A DNA stretch of 64,000 bases from an uncultured delta proteobacterium. GTDB lineage: Bacteria > Myxococcota_A > UBA9160 > UBA4427. This document shows, piece after piece, positions 28,668-41,409 of the stretch (within the stretch, counting starts at the first letter, position 1; the number at the start of each line of letters is the position of its first letter). The position numbers were made by a program, and so were the translations under genes. The notes beneath the pieces were generated by a model. It was not told the DNA's origin and did no database searches. It worked only from the letters and a program-made list of their open reading frames with translations. The DNA lies in contig CAWGJT010000015.1 in NCBI GenBank assembly GCA_963822965.1, positions 194,219-258,218 on the forward strand. Direction: 5' to 3'.

Positions 28668-31196
28668 GTGCTGTCGAGTACGGATGCGATTCCGAACGAG
28701 AGCCTGAGCAGGCTCCATTCCGAGGCCATCGACGGGGATTCCGAGATTCGCGATCTCCTGCTTCGCGCCCAGCGCGATGCAGGTGACCGTGGAGAGCCGC
28801 TTGAACCGCGGACTGGAGCGGCAGCGAGCGCAGATCGAGGAAATCGACGGCAGAGCCTGCTGCTCCGCACGCAGAACTTCGACGCCGAGCAGCCCCCCCA
28901 GATCTTCCTGAACCTGGCGCTGGACGGCCGGCGCTACTTCTTCTCCGTCCGAAGGCTCGAGGAGCAGCCGGCCGCGGGACGTCGCTGCGCGTCGCTCTGC
29001 CCGAGCGTGGTCTTCTACGCGGAGCGACGCGACCGGCCGCGCCGCTCGCCGCGCCGCGACGCGAGCGACCCGACCCGCGTCGTCCTGCAGCGCCGGCGAG
29101 GGCGCTCCCATCGAGGCCGCGGTCGACGACGTCTCCGACGACGGCCTCCTCCTGCGGGTTCGGGAAGAGCACGCCGAGCACCTGAACGGGGCTTTCCGGG
29201 TGTCCTTCCTGGACGGGGCACGCGCGGGCGAGGGACTCTTCGCGGCGGTGCGCCACCACGGCCCGGCCGCCGAGCGACCTGGCTGGCGACGCATCGGCGT
29301 CTCCACGTCGGCGGCCCGGAGCGGGCCGCTCGTTCCCGTCGAGCGGCGCGATTCGATCCTTCCCGCAGGCCGCCTGGAGACCGCCCGCCGGCGCTGGCGG
29401 GTGGTCGGCGCGGGCGCTCGGATCGCCGCGGGTCGCACCCTGCATCGAGTCACCGGCCGGGCGCCGGCGCTCCCCGAGATCCACACCGTCGAGTTCGAGA
29501 ACGACCGGGGCGAGCACCTCAAAGGGATCCTCGACGCCTGCGGCGAGGTACGCGGCGCGCCTCTCGTGCTGATGCCGCCGGCCTGGGCCAAGACCAAGGA
29601 GACGCTCCTGCCCCTGGCCCGGACGCATCGTCGAGACCTTCCGCGCGGTGAACGAGAGCGTCGCCGTGGTGCGCCTCGACGGCATCCGGCGCCGAGGCGA
29701 GTCCTTCAACGATCCCGGAGTGCTCGGCTCCCGGGCGCGAGTGCCACCACATGACGTTCTCCCAGGGCGCCGCGGACATCCGCGCCGCGCTCGACTACTT
29801 CCGGGGCGCCGAGGCGTTCCGGCCCTCGACCGTCGTGCTGGTCACCTTCAGCGGGGCGGCGATCGAGGCCCGCCGGGCGCTGGCGGAGGGCGCCGCGGGC
29901 GTGGGCGGCTGGGTCAGCATCGTCGGCGCCGCCGACCTGAAGAGCCGGCCTGCGCACGGTCTCGGGCGGGGTCGACTACATCGGCGGGTTCGAGCGCGGC
30001 GTGCGCTTCGGCATCCAGCGCATCCTGGGCATCGAGGTCGACATGGACCGGGTGGCCGAGGACGCCGTCGACGCACGACATGGCCTACCTGGAGAACGCG
30101 CGCTGCGAGATGGAGAAGCTCGAGCTCCCGATCGCCTGGATCCAGGGCAAGTACGACGCCTGGATCGACGCGGAACGCGTCCGGGAGATCCTCTCCTGCG
30201 GCGACCCGTCGCGCCGGCGCCTGATCGAGGTGCCGACGGGTCATCAGCTCCGCAGCAGCCGGGAGGCGCTCGAAACCTTCCAGCTGGTCGCTCAGGAGAT
30301 CGGCCGCATCGTCCTCGAACGCGAGGTCCCCCCGGCCCTGCCCGACCTGGCGCAGCTCGAGCGCCGTCGGCGGGCGGAGCGCGACCCGCCTGCCGAAGGC
30401 CGAGGTCGACCTCCAGCACTTCTGGCGCGACTACCTGCTGGGGCGCGACCGCAGGCTCGGCATGGAGCTGCTGACCGTCACCACGCCCGTACCGCGACCT
30501 GATGAGGGCCCAGGTGCAGGCCTGGACCTGCGGGCGGGGCGGTACATCGGCGACCTCGGCTCCGGGACCGGCGCCCTACCCGTCTTCGTCCGCGAGCACT
30601 GCCCGGGCGCGCAGGTGCTCCGCATCGACGAGATCGACTACGTGCGCGAAGCGCTGGCGCGAGCGCGCGCGCGGCTGCGCGGCCGCGTCCAGACTGCCGC
30701 CGGGCTTCGACGGTGCGCTACCTGGAGTGCGACCTGGACCGGCCGGGACAGCATCCCGCTCGTGCCCGTCGAGGACGGCCGCCTACGACCGGGTCGTCGC
30801 GTCGCTGCTGCTGAACTACGTGCAGGATCCGGCCGGGCTCCTGCGGGAGGCCCACCGCCTGCTGCGGCCCGGCGGACGCCTGGTGCTCTCCACCCTGCGC
30901 CGCGACGTCGACATCTCGCGCATCTACCTGCGACGTCGTCCTCGGAGCTGCGATTCGGGCGCGGCGCTGCGCGCCCTCGAGCGCGCGGACGAGCGCGCAG
31001 ATCGAAGACCGATCTGCGCGAATTCCTGAACGAGGCCGCGAGGCTGCTCGACCTGGAGGAGCGGGGGATCTTCCACTTCTGGGACGCGGACGAGCTGGTC
31101 GCCCTGCTGCGCGAGGCCGGCTTCACGGACGTCGAGACCCGCGCGAGCTTCGGCGATCCTCCCCAGGCGATCGTCGCGTCGGCCGTGCGAACGTAG
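28668..31196 (+). CDS. Fusion protein: PilZ + LuxD-like alpha/beta acyl-thioesterase + class I SAM methyltransferase (reconstructed across many frameshifts)
   Basis: RDRPR and DVSDDG (PilZ); PPAWAKTKE, VVRLDGIRRRGES, VLVTFSGAA (Ser), GKYDAWID (Asp), PTGHQL (His); IGDLGSGTG, YDRVVASLLLNYV, LLRPGGRLVLS; no second RBS/start seen; stop at 31196. Confidence 0.7.
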
Positions 31197-31202
31197 AGCC
31201 CC

Positions 31203-33493
31203 ATGCCCATGGAACCCCGCCGGGGGCGTGTTCCCGAGCTCCTCGTGCGAACCGCGGTGCTGCACCCCGGGCGGACCCTGCTGGTCTGGGCAGGCATGCT
31301 GGCTCGTCGCGAGCTACGGCGTCGCGTCGCTCGCATGTCGACACCACGACGGACAGCGTCCTGGACCGCAGCGGCGAGGACTGGGCGTACTACCAGTCCA
31401 GCCAGTCCCGCTTCGGCGGGGACGAGATCGTCGTGGTCTCGCTCGAGGGAGCCCGCCCCTTCGATCCGAAGGTGCTGGCCGAGGCCAAGCGCCTGACGGC
31501 GGTGTACGAGCGGCTCCCCGGCGTCCGCCGGGTGGACAGCCTGGCGAGCGTTCCCCTCATCCGGGCTCGTGCCGACGGCAGCCTGAACCTGGACGCGGCG
31601 CTCGCCGACGGCGTACCGGAGGACGGGGCGGCCTGGCGACGCTTCGCCGAAGAGGTGCGCGCCGACCGGATCGCGCCGCGCAGTCTCGTCTCCGCCGGAC
31701 GAGCGGGTCGTCGCGGTCAACGTGATCCTGGACCGGGAATTCGACGGCGACTACGACGCCATCGTCGGCGCGATCCGCGCGCGAGCTGCCCGAACGAAGG
31801 CGCCACGCATCTCCGGCGTGCCCGTCTTCCGCAGCGAGGCCAACGCGCGGACGCGGCGCGAGATCCTGCTCTTCGTGCCGCTGACGGTCCTGACCATCGC
31901 CGTCCTGCTGGTCGTCGTCTACCGCTCGCTGGGTGCCGTGGTGATGGCGGTGGGCGTGGGCCTCATCGGGACGTGGCTGCTGGCGGGCGCCATGGGTCTC
32001 GCCGGCGTCTCGATCAGCCTCATCACGATGATCCTGCCCTCGGTCATCCTGGCGCTCGGGTGCTCGTACGTGATGCACGTCCTGTCGGCAGGCGTCGGCG
32101 CCCGGGATCCCGAACGCCTGCTCGAGCAGCTGCTTCCGGTGGCGCAGCCGGTCGCGCTCTCGGGCCTCACCACCGCCATCGGCTTCGCGGCGATCGGAGC
32201 CGTGCGCATCGAGGAGGTCCGCGCGGTCGGCGCCTTCGGCGGCGTGGGCGTGCTCGGCATCGTCGCCGCCAGCCTCACGGTCGCTCCCGCCCTGCTGCGC
32301 GCTCTGGCCGCTTCCTCCCGGTCGCGCCGCGGGGCGTCGGCCTGGCCGAAGGCCCCCTGCGCCGGCTGCTGGTCGGGATCTCGCTCGCGACATCGCATCT
32401 TCGTGATGGTCGCGTCCGGGCTGGTGCTGGTGGCGTTCGCCGCCGGCATCGGCCGGCTGAGGGTCGAGACGGATGCAACGCGTTGGTTCCCGCACGGCAG
32501 CGAGGTGCGCGAATCCTACGAGTCGATCCGCGAGCGGCTCTCGGGAATCAGCCCGGTCAACGTGGTGGTCGAATCGGACTCGGGCGTGCGGGTCACGGAG
32601 CCGGCCGTGGTCGCCGCGCTCGACGGTCTGTCCGCCACCTGGAGAGCCTGCCGGACGTCGGCAAGGCGGTCTCGCTGGCGGACCCCCTGCGCCAGCTCCA
32701 CGGCGGATTCCACGACGACCCGACCCTGCCGCTGCCGCAGAGCCGCCCGCTGATCGAGCAGTACCTGCTGCTGCTCGAATCGGTGGACCAGATCGGCGAC
32801 CTCGTGACCCCCGACCGCAGCGCCGCCAACGTCGTCCTGCGCGCCGACAACAACGGATCGGGCCCGCTGCTCGCGATCGGGCGGGAGGCCGCAGGCCTGG
32901 TGGGCGGAGAACGGCCCGCCCGGGAATCCGACACCCGCGAGACGGGCATCATGTACGAGTTCGCCCGCGCCGAGGACGAGATCGCCATGGGACAGATCCG
33001 TGGGCTCGTGCTCGCCCTGGGGGTGATCGCGGTGGTCCTGCTGGCGGCGCTGCGTCGCCCCACCCTGGCCGTCGTGGCGCTGATTCCCAACGTGGTTCCG
33101 GTAGTTATGGTCTTCGGCTTCATGGGGCTGACGGGCGTCCCGCTCGATGCCGGGACGGTGATCGTGGGCAGCCTCGCCCTGGGCATCGCGGTGGACGACA
33201 CGATCCACCTGGTGAGCGCCTTCCAGAGCGGCTACGAGCGCGGCGAGGGAACGCTCCGGTCCCTGGACGCCGCCCTGGCGAGGGTCGCACACCCCATGGT
33301 GCTCACCACCGTGTCCATCGGGCTCGGATTCGGGCTCCTGGGGTTCTCCGAGTTCACCGTCACCCGGAACCTCGGCCTGCTGATCGCGGGCACCATGCTG
33401 GTGTGCCTGCTGGCGGACCTGCTGCTGCTGCCGGCCCTGCTGCGGAGCCTGCCGGAGACCCCTCGCCCGCCTTCAAGTCCGCACGCCAAGTAG
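31203..33493 (+). CDS. MMPL/RND-family lipid transporter (frameshifted)
   Basis: FGGDEIVVV, PVALSGLTTAIGF, LIPNVVPV, LGIAVDDTIH, PMVLTT, SEFTVTRNLGLL, ADLLLLPALL; two TM bundles. Confidence 0.85.
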
Positions 33494-33503
33494 CCGATTC
33501 TCC

Positions 33504-36256
<2,753 letters not shown>

Positions 36257-36268
36257 GCGGCGCGCGCA

Positions 36269-36291
36269 CGGGCACGGCCCCGCCGTGCCCG
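36269..36291. terminator. GC-rich hairpin between convergent kinase and TetR genes
   Basis: CGGGCACGGC-CCC-GCCGTGCCCG, 10-bp stem; no U-tract. Confidence 0.45.
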
Positions 36292-36301
36292 CGAGACCCC
36301 G

Positions 36302-36904
36302 CTACGGCACCAGCAGGCGGGCGACGAAGTCCGCGTGGGTCTCGACCGCTTCCCGGCTCTCGGGATCGAGGCCCGTCAACCTCCGACACTCCGGTGCGAC
36401 GGCGAAGATGAGGGAGCCGGCTCCCGCCATCACGTAGTACGCGTGGGGCAGGAGGGACTCGTCGGCGCCCGTGACGGGGATGCCTCCGGGGCGCAGGAAC
36501 CGCTCGTAGCCCCGCTTCAGATAGGTATCGACGAGCCACCTCATCCGGTCTTCCGAGTTCTTGCCCTCGTCGACCATCAGGCGGAACAGCTCGGGGTGGG
36601 CCGCCGCGAAGCGCACGTACTCGCGGATCGCCTCCCGCGCGCGCTCCCGCGGATCGTCGGATTCCAGGGAGCCGAGGCGTTCGGTCAGAGTCGCCTCCAG
36701 CATGGCGAAGATGCGGTCCGCCGCCGCCCGCCACAGCTCGTCCTTGCTGCGGAAGTGGTACGTGATGAGGCCCTGGTTGGTGCCGGCCCGCTGGGCGATC
36801 TCCCGGGTGCTGGCCCCCCGGAAGCCCTTCTCGGCGAAGGCCGCGAGGGCGGCCTCGACGATGCGCTCGCGGGTGGCGGCGCGCTGCTGGGCACGGGCGG
36901 TCAT
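36302..36904 (-). CDS. TetR/AcrR-family transcriptional regulator
   Basis: TRERIVEAA...GASTREIA...ITYHFRSKDELW. Confidence 0.93.
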   Translation of the reverse strand: MTARAQQRAATRERIVEAALAAFAEKGFRGASTREIAQRAGTNQGLITYHFRSKDELWRAAADRIFAMLEATLTERLGSLESDDPRERAREAIREYVRFAAAHPELFRLMVDEGKNSEDRMRWLVDTYLKRGYERFLRPGGIPVTGADESLLPHAYYVMAGAGSLIFAVAPECRRLTGLDPESREAVETHADFVARLLVP

Positions 36905-36921
36905 GGGGACATCTTATTCAC

Positions 36922-36950
36922 TTGACAAGCCAAAAGCAACCGTCTAGGCT
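36922..36950 (+). promoter_or_regulatory. Sigma70 promoter of the VOC operon
   Basis: TTGACA-N17-TAGGCT. Confidence 0.75.
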
Positions 36951-36960
36951 GGGCCTTCGA

Positions 36961-36980
36961 CGCTTGTCGATTGACAAGCG
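36961..36980. promoter_or_regulatory. Probable TetR operator
   Basis: Perfect inverted repeat CGCTTGTC-GATT-GACAAGCG just downstream of the promoter; half-site TTGACAAGC recurs at 36922. Confidence 0.75.
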
Positions 36981-37013
36981 AAACAACCCAAGCGCCGAAT
37001 TCCGGAGGACCCC

Positions 37014-37577
37014 ATGGCCAACGCCCATCTCCCCGAGCCCGCCCCGCCGCACCTGCGGCCCTCCCGCTTCTCCCATCTGGTGCTGCAGACGCCCCGCTTC
37101 GCGGAGATGACGGCCTGGTACAAGACCGTGCTCTCGGCCCGGCCCATGTTCGAGAACGAGCGTCGTGTGCTTCCTGACCTACGACGAGGAGCACCACCGC
37201 ATCATGATCGGGCACAACCCGAACGCCACGCCGCGCGATCCCAAGGCGGCCGGCGTCGTGCACTTCGCCTACGCGGTCGAGACCCTCGACGATCTGGTGA
37301 ACGCCTACCTGCGCCTGAAGGCAGAGGGCATCGTTCCGCACAACTGCATCAACCACGGCTTCACGACGTCGCTCTACTACCACGACCCCGACGAAAACGA
37401 GGTCGAGCTCCAGGTCGACAACTTCGAGACCCGCGAGTCGATGGACGCCTGGTTCGCGACCGGCGCCTTCGACCGGAACTTCGTGGGCCACCCGTTCGAT
37501 CCGGAGCGCATGGTGCGAGCTCCACCGCGCAGGGCGTCCCCGACGACCAGATCCTCCAGCAGGAGCTCTACCGATGA
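37014..37577 (+). CDS. VOC/glyoxalase-family protein (BphC-III-like), two compensating frameshifts
   Basis: FSHLVLQT...WYKTVL, FLTYDEEHHRI, GVVHFAY, INHGFTTSLYYHDPDENEVELQVDNF. Confidence 0.85.
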   Translation: MANAHLPEPAPPHLRPSRFSHLVLQTPRFAEMTAWYKTVLSARPMFENERRVLPDLRRGAPPHHDRAQPERHAARSQGGRRRALRLRGRDPRRSGERLPAPEGRGHRSAQLHQPRLHDVALLPRPRRKRGRAPGRQLRDPRVDGRLVRDRRLRPELRGPPVRSGAHGASSTAQGVPDDQILQQELYR

Positions 37578-38202
37578 GCGCCGCGAACGCACGGCTCGCT
37601 CCGCTCACGCCCCGAAGCGCTCGACGCGGACCAGCGGCGCCTCTACGACGCCGTCCTCGCGAGCCCGCGCGGACAGGGCGGCGCGCGGCGCCTGATCACC
37701 GCGCGAGGACGGCATCGCTCACCGGCCCCTTCGACGCCTGGCTGCGCACGCCGGTGCTGGGCGAGCACCTCGAGCGCGTCGGCATGGCGCTGCGCACCGA
37801 CACCGTGCTGCCGGCCGCCGCCCGGGAGATCGCGGTGCTCGTGGTGGCGCGCGCCTGGTCGGCGGACTTCGAGTGGTGGGTGCACGGCATCGTCGCGACG
37901 CGGCGAGGGCGTGCCCGAGTCCGCCATCGAGGCCATCGGGCACGGGCGCCGGCCCGCGCTCGAGGACGCGGCCTGCCAGGCGGCCCACGACGTCGCATCC
38001 GAGCTCGTCGCACACCGCCGTCTCGAGCCCGCCACCCTCGCGCGCGCCCGCGACGCCCTGGGCGAGCGCGCGCTGGTCGAGGTGGTCACGCTGGTCGGCT
38101 TCTACCAGCTGGTCTCGGGCATCCTCGAGAGCTTCCACCCGCCGGGCCCATCGGCCGATCTTCCGGTCGAGGGCCCGCCGCCGCGGCCCGGCGCGCGCGG
38201 GC
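37574..38202 (+). CDS. Carboxymuconolactone decarboxylase/AhpD-like domain (frameshifted; possibly fused to the nitroreductase)
   Basis: LTGPFDAWLRTP, AREIAVLVVAR, FEWWVH, LGERALVEVVTLVGFY; no stop before the nitroreductase; end approximate. Confidence 0.75.
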
Positions 38203-38882
38203 ATGGACCTCTACGAGGCCGCCAGCACGACCCGCGCCGTGCGGCGCCTGCGGCCGGACCCGATCCCGCGACGACGTGCTGCGCCGCGTGCTGCGCGCGG
38301 CGACCTGGGCGCCGTCGGGCGGCAATCTGCAGCCGTGGCACGTGATCGCCGTGCGCGATCCGGCCCGCAAGCAGGCGCTCGCCGACGCTCTACCGCGGGC
38401 TGTGGTCGGACTACGCGGCCCGCCGCCGGGCCCTCATCGCGCCCCTGCCGGACGCGATGCGCGAGCCCGCGGAGCGGGCGCTGCGTTCCGGCGACTACCT
38501 GGCGGAGCACCTGGGCGAGGCGCCGGTGGTGAACGTCTTCTGCTTCCACCCGGAGCGCCTCCACATCACCGACGCCGACCTCGGCCGGCCCTCGGTGGTG
38601 GGCGGCGCCTCGCTCTACCCGGCCGTGCAGAACCTGCTGCTGGCGTGCCGCGCCGAGGGTCTCGGCTGCGTGCTGACGACGCTCCTGTGCAGCCGCGAGA
38701 AGGAGGTGCGGGAGCTGCTGGAGATTCCGGAGCCCTGGGCGACCTGCGCCTTCGTGCCGATCGGCTGGCCCGTGGGCAGCGGCCACGGACCGCTGGCCCG
38801 GCGTTCCGTCGAGCAGGTGGCCTTCGGCGATCGCTTCGGCGCCCCGCTCTTCGACACCGAACCCAAGGAGGAGTCCCGGTGA
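38203..38882 (+). CDS. Nitroreductase-family protein (frameshifted)
   Basis: TTRAVRRLRPDPIP, ATWAPSGGNLQPW, ASLYPAVQNLLLACRAEGLG, VPIGWP. Confidence 0.85.
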
Positions 38883-39693
38883 TCGAGCTCTACCACTTCG
38901 CTTTCTCCACCTGCTCCCAGAAGGTGCGACTCGTGCTGGCCGAGAAGGGCCAGGATTTCGTCTCGCACGAGGTCGAACATCATCGCCGGCGAGCAGCACG
39001 ACCCCGACTACGTGAAGCTGAACCCGGGCCACGTGGTGCCGACCCTCGTCCACGACGGCCGCGTCCTGGTCGAGTCGTCGCTCATCATCCGGTATCTGGA
39101 CGACGCCTTCCCCGAGCCGCCCCTGCGTCCGAGCGATGCGCTGGGTCGCTACGCGGTGGAGCGGTGGATCAAGCGGGTGGACGAGGAGCTGCACCCCGCG
39201 GCGCCTATCGGTGACCTTCGCCACCGGCCCGCGGATCGTCCTGCTGCAGCAGCCCCCCGAGGTGCGCGAGGCGAACCTCGCTGGCGATCCCCGACCCGGC
39301 GGAGCGTGCCACCCGCCGCAGCGTGCTCGAGCACGGCGTGAAGGCGCCCGAGTTCGCGGGCGCACTCGGCGTGTTCCTCGACACCCTGGACGAGATGGAG
39401 GTCGCGCTCGGCGATCAGCCCTGGCTCTCGGGCGAGCGATTCGGTCTCGCCGACGCGTCGCGCGCTGCCCTACGTGCTGCGGCTCGAGCACCTGGCGATG
39501 GACCCGCTGATCGACGCGCTCGACGCGACCGCGCGTGGCCGACTGGCTGGCGCGGGTGAAGGCGTTGCCGAGCTACGCCACGGCCGTCGAGGCGTGGTCC
39601 GCACCCGCCGTCGTCGAGATGATGCGCACCAACGGCAAGACCGGCTGGCCCGACGTGGAGCCGCTCACGCGCCGTCCCCGCGAAGGAGCCTGA
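38879..39693 (+). CDS. Glutathione S-transferase (frameshifted)
   Basis: STCSQKVRLVLAEKG, KLNPGHVVPTLVHDG, ESSLIIRYLDD, WLSGERFGLAD. Confidence 0.85.
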
Positions 39694-39696
39694 GTC

Positions 39697-40983
39697 GTGT
39701 CGGCGGGCCGGCTTCCCCCGCGGACGCGCGTCCTCGTCATCGGCGGCGGGCCGGTGGGCCTGGTCGTCTCGGGGCTGCTCTCCCGGCATGGCATCGAGAA
39801 CCTCGTCGTCGAGCGACGCCGGGAGACCCAGCGCGCGCCGGCCGCACACGTGCTCCGGCGACGCCCGATGCAGGTGCTCGAACGGCTCGGCGTCGGCGAC
39901 GAGATCCGGCGGACGATCCCGCCCCTGCCCCTCGACTTCATCACCTGGTGCACCACGCTCGGTGGGGTCGAGGTCGGCCGGCTCGACCTGCGACCGCCCG
40001 ACCCCGCCACCGGAGAGCGCGGACCCGAGCCCTGGATCAACTGCCCGCAGAACCTGCTCGAGCCCATCCTGCTGCGCAGCGCCCAGGCGCGGCCGGAGGC
40101 GCGCGTGGTGCGGGGTGCGGAGTGCGTCGCAATCGCGCAGACAGGCGACGGCGTCGAGGCACGCATCCGCACGGACGACGCCGGCGAGCACCCGGTCGCG
40201 GCCGCCTGGGCGATCGCGGCCGACGGAGCCAGCAGCCCGACGCGCCGCGCTCTCGGCATCCCGATGAAGGGAGCGGGCCCGCTCGGGCGTTTCTCCATGG
40301 TCCACTTCGAGGCCGACCTCTCGCCGTGGATCGAGGGACGTCCCGGCCCCATCTTCTGGATCCTCAATCCGGCGTCGCCCGGCACGCTGATCGTCCACGA
40401 CCCCAAGCGATCCCACGTCTTCATGATGCCGCGGTCCGGGTCTCCGCAGGACGAGGAAGGCCAGGAAGAGACGATCCCCGCGCGGCTGGCCGCGGCCCTC
40501 GGCGTCCCCGTCACGCCCACGATCCTGTCGGTGGACGCCTGGTCGCCGCACGTCCAGGTGGCCCGCCGCTATCGCGAGGGCCGCGTCGTCCTGGTGGGTG
40601 ATGCCGCGCACCGCTTTCCGCCCACGGGCGGGCTCGGCCTCAACACCGGCATCCAGGAGGCCGACGATCTGGTCGCAAGGCTGGCCCAGGTCGAGGCGGG
40701 ACACGCGGACGACACGTTCCTCGATCGCTACGAAGCCGGATGTCGCCCCGTCGCCCAGGCCAACGCCGCCGAGAGCTTCGAGAACCTCAAGCGTCTGGGA
40801 GAGATCTCGCGCGTGATCGGCAGCCCGTCCGACCTGGCCAGCCTCGAGCGGCGCTTGGGATCGTTGTCGAGAGACGAGCGTCAGCAGCTCGCCAAGGCCA
40901 TCGAGGCGCAGCGCAGCCATTTCCTCTCCGACGGCGCGGCTCCGCCTGGAGATGCGACCGTCGGCACGGCGTCGGCGCACTGA
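39697..40983 (+). CDS. FAD-dependent monooxygenase (phenol-hydroxylase-like)
   Basis: VIGGGPVG, CPQNLLEPIL, AADGASS, LVGDAAHRFPPTGGLGLNTG. Confidence 0.9.
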   Translation: MSAGRLPPRTRVLVIGGGPVGLVVSGLLSRHGIENLVVERRRETQRAPAAHVLRRRPMQVLERLGVGDEIRRTIPPLPLDFITWCTTLGGVEVGRLDLRPPDPATGERGPEPWINCPQNLLEPILLRSAQARPEARVVRGAECVAIAQTGDGVEARIRTDDAGEHPVAAAWAIAADGASSPTRRALGIPMKGAGPLGRFSMVHFEADLSPWIEGRPGPIFWILNPASPGTLIVHDPKRSHVFMMPRSGSPQDEEGQEETIPARLAAALGVPVTPTILSVDAWSPHVQVARRYREGRVVLVGDAAHRFPPTGGLGLNTGIQEADDLVARLAQVEAGHADDTFLDRYEAGCRPVAQANAAESFENLKRLGEISRVIGSPSDLASLERRLGSLSRDERQQLAKAIEAQRSHFLSDGAAPPGDATVGTASAH

Positions 40984-41409
40984 AGGCCCGCGGCGCCTCG
41001 GCGCGCGTGACGCGCATCGCTCGAGCTCCCCGACGCATCCGAACGACCGGAAGTGACGCGCCTCGGCACGTTCGCGAGCGCTCGACGCCGGACAGGCGCC
41101 TGACGCGCCCCACTCCGCGTCACCTTCGGACGCATCCACGAATCTCGACTAACCTATTTCGGTGTCACCTGCGACACGCTCCCACGTCCGGATCCGACGT
41201 CATCGTCGCCGTCCTTCGACGCACGCATCGCGATATCAAAGATCGCGTCCCACGCGTCATCGCGGCTCTGGTATACAGGAACTGACGAACGACACCCCGC
41301 ACTCCACCCGACATCTCGAACGCGCGACGGTCCGGGTGAGCCCGTCGCGACCCGCTGCCGTCGACAACGCTGATCCGGAACCGAGTCAAGTGCACCGAAG
41401 GAGCCCGCC

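Noticed and set aside
28668..31196. Bioluminescence (lux) locus
   Set aside because: Only a LuxD-like domain is present; no luxA/B/C/E-like genes in the window.
41100..41230. Several GTC-Nx-GAC short inverted repeats upstream of the large PEP-CTERM gene
   Set aside because: Variable spacing, short arms, and no correctly spaced sigma54 box found nearby.
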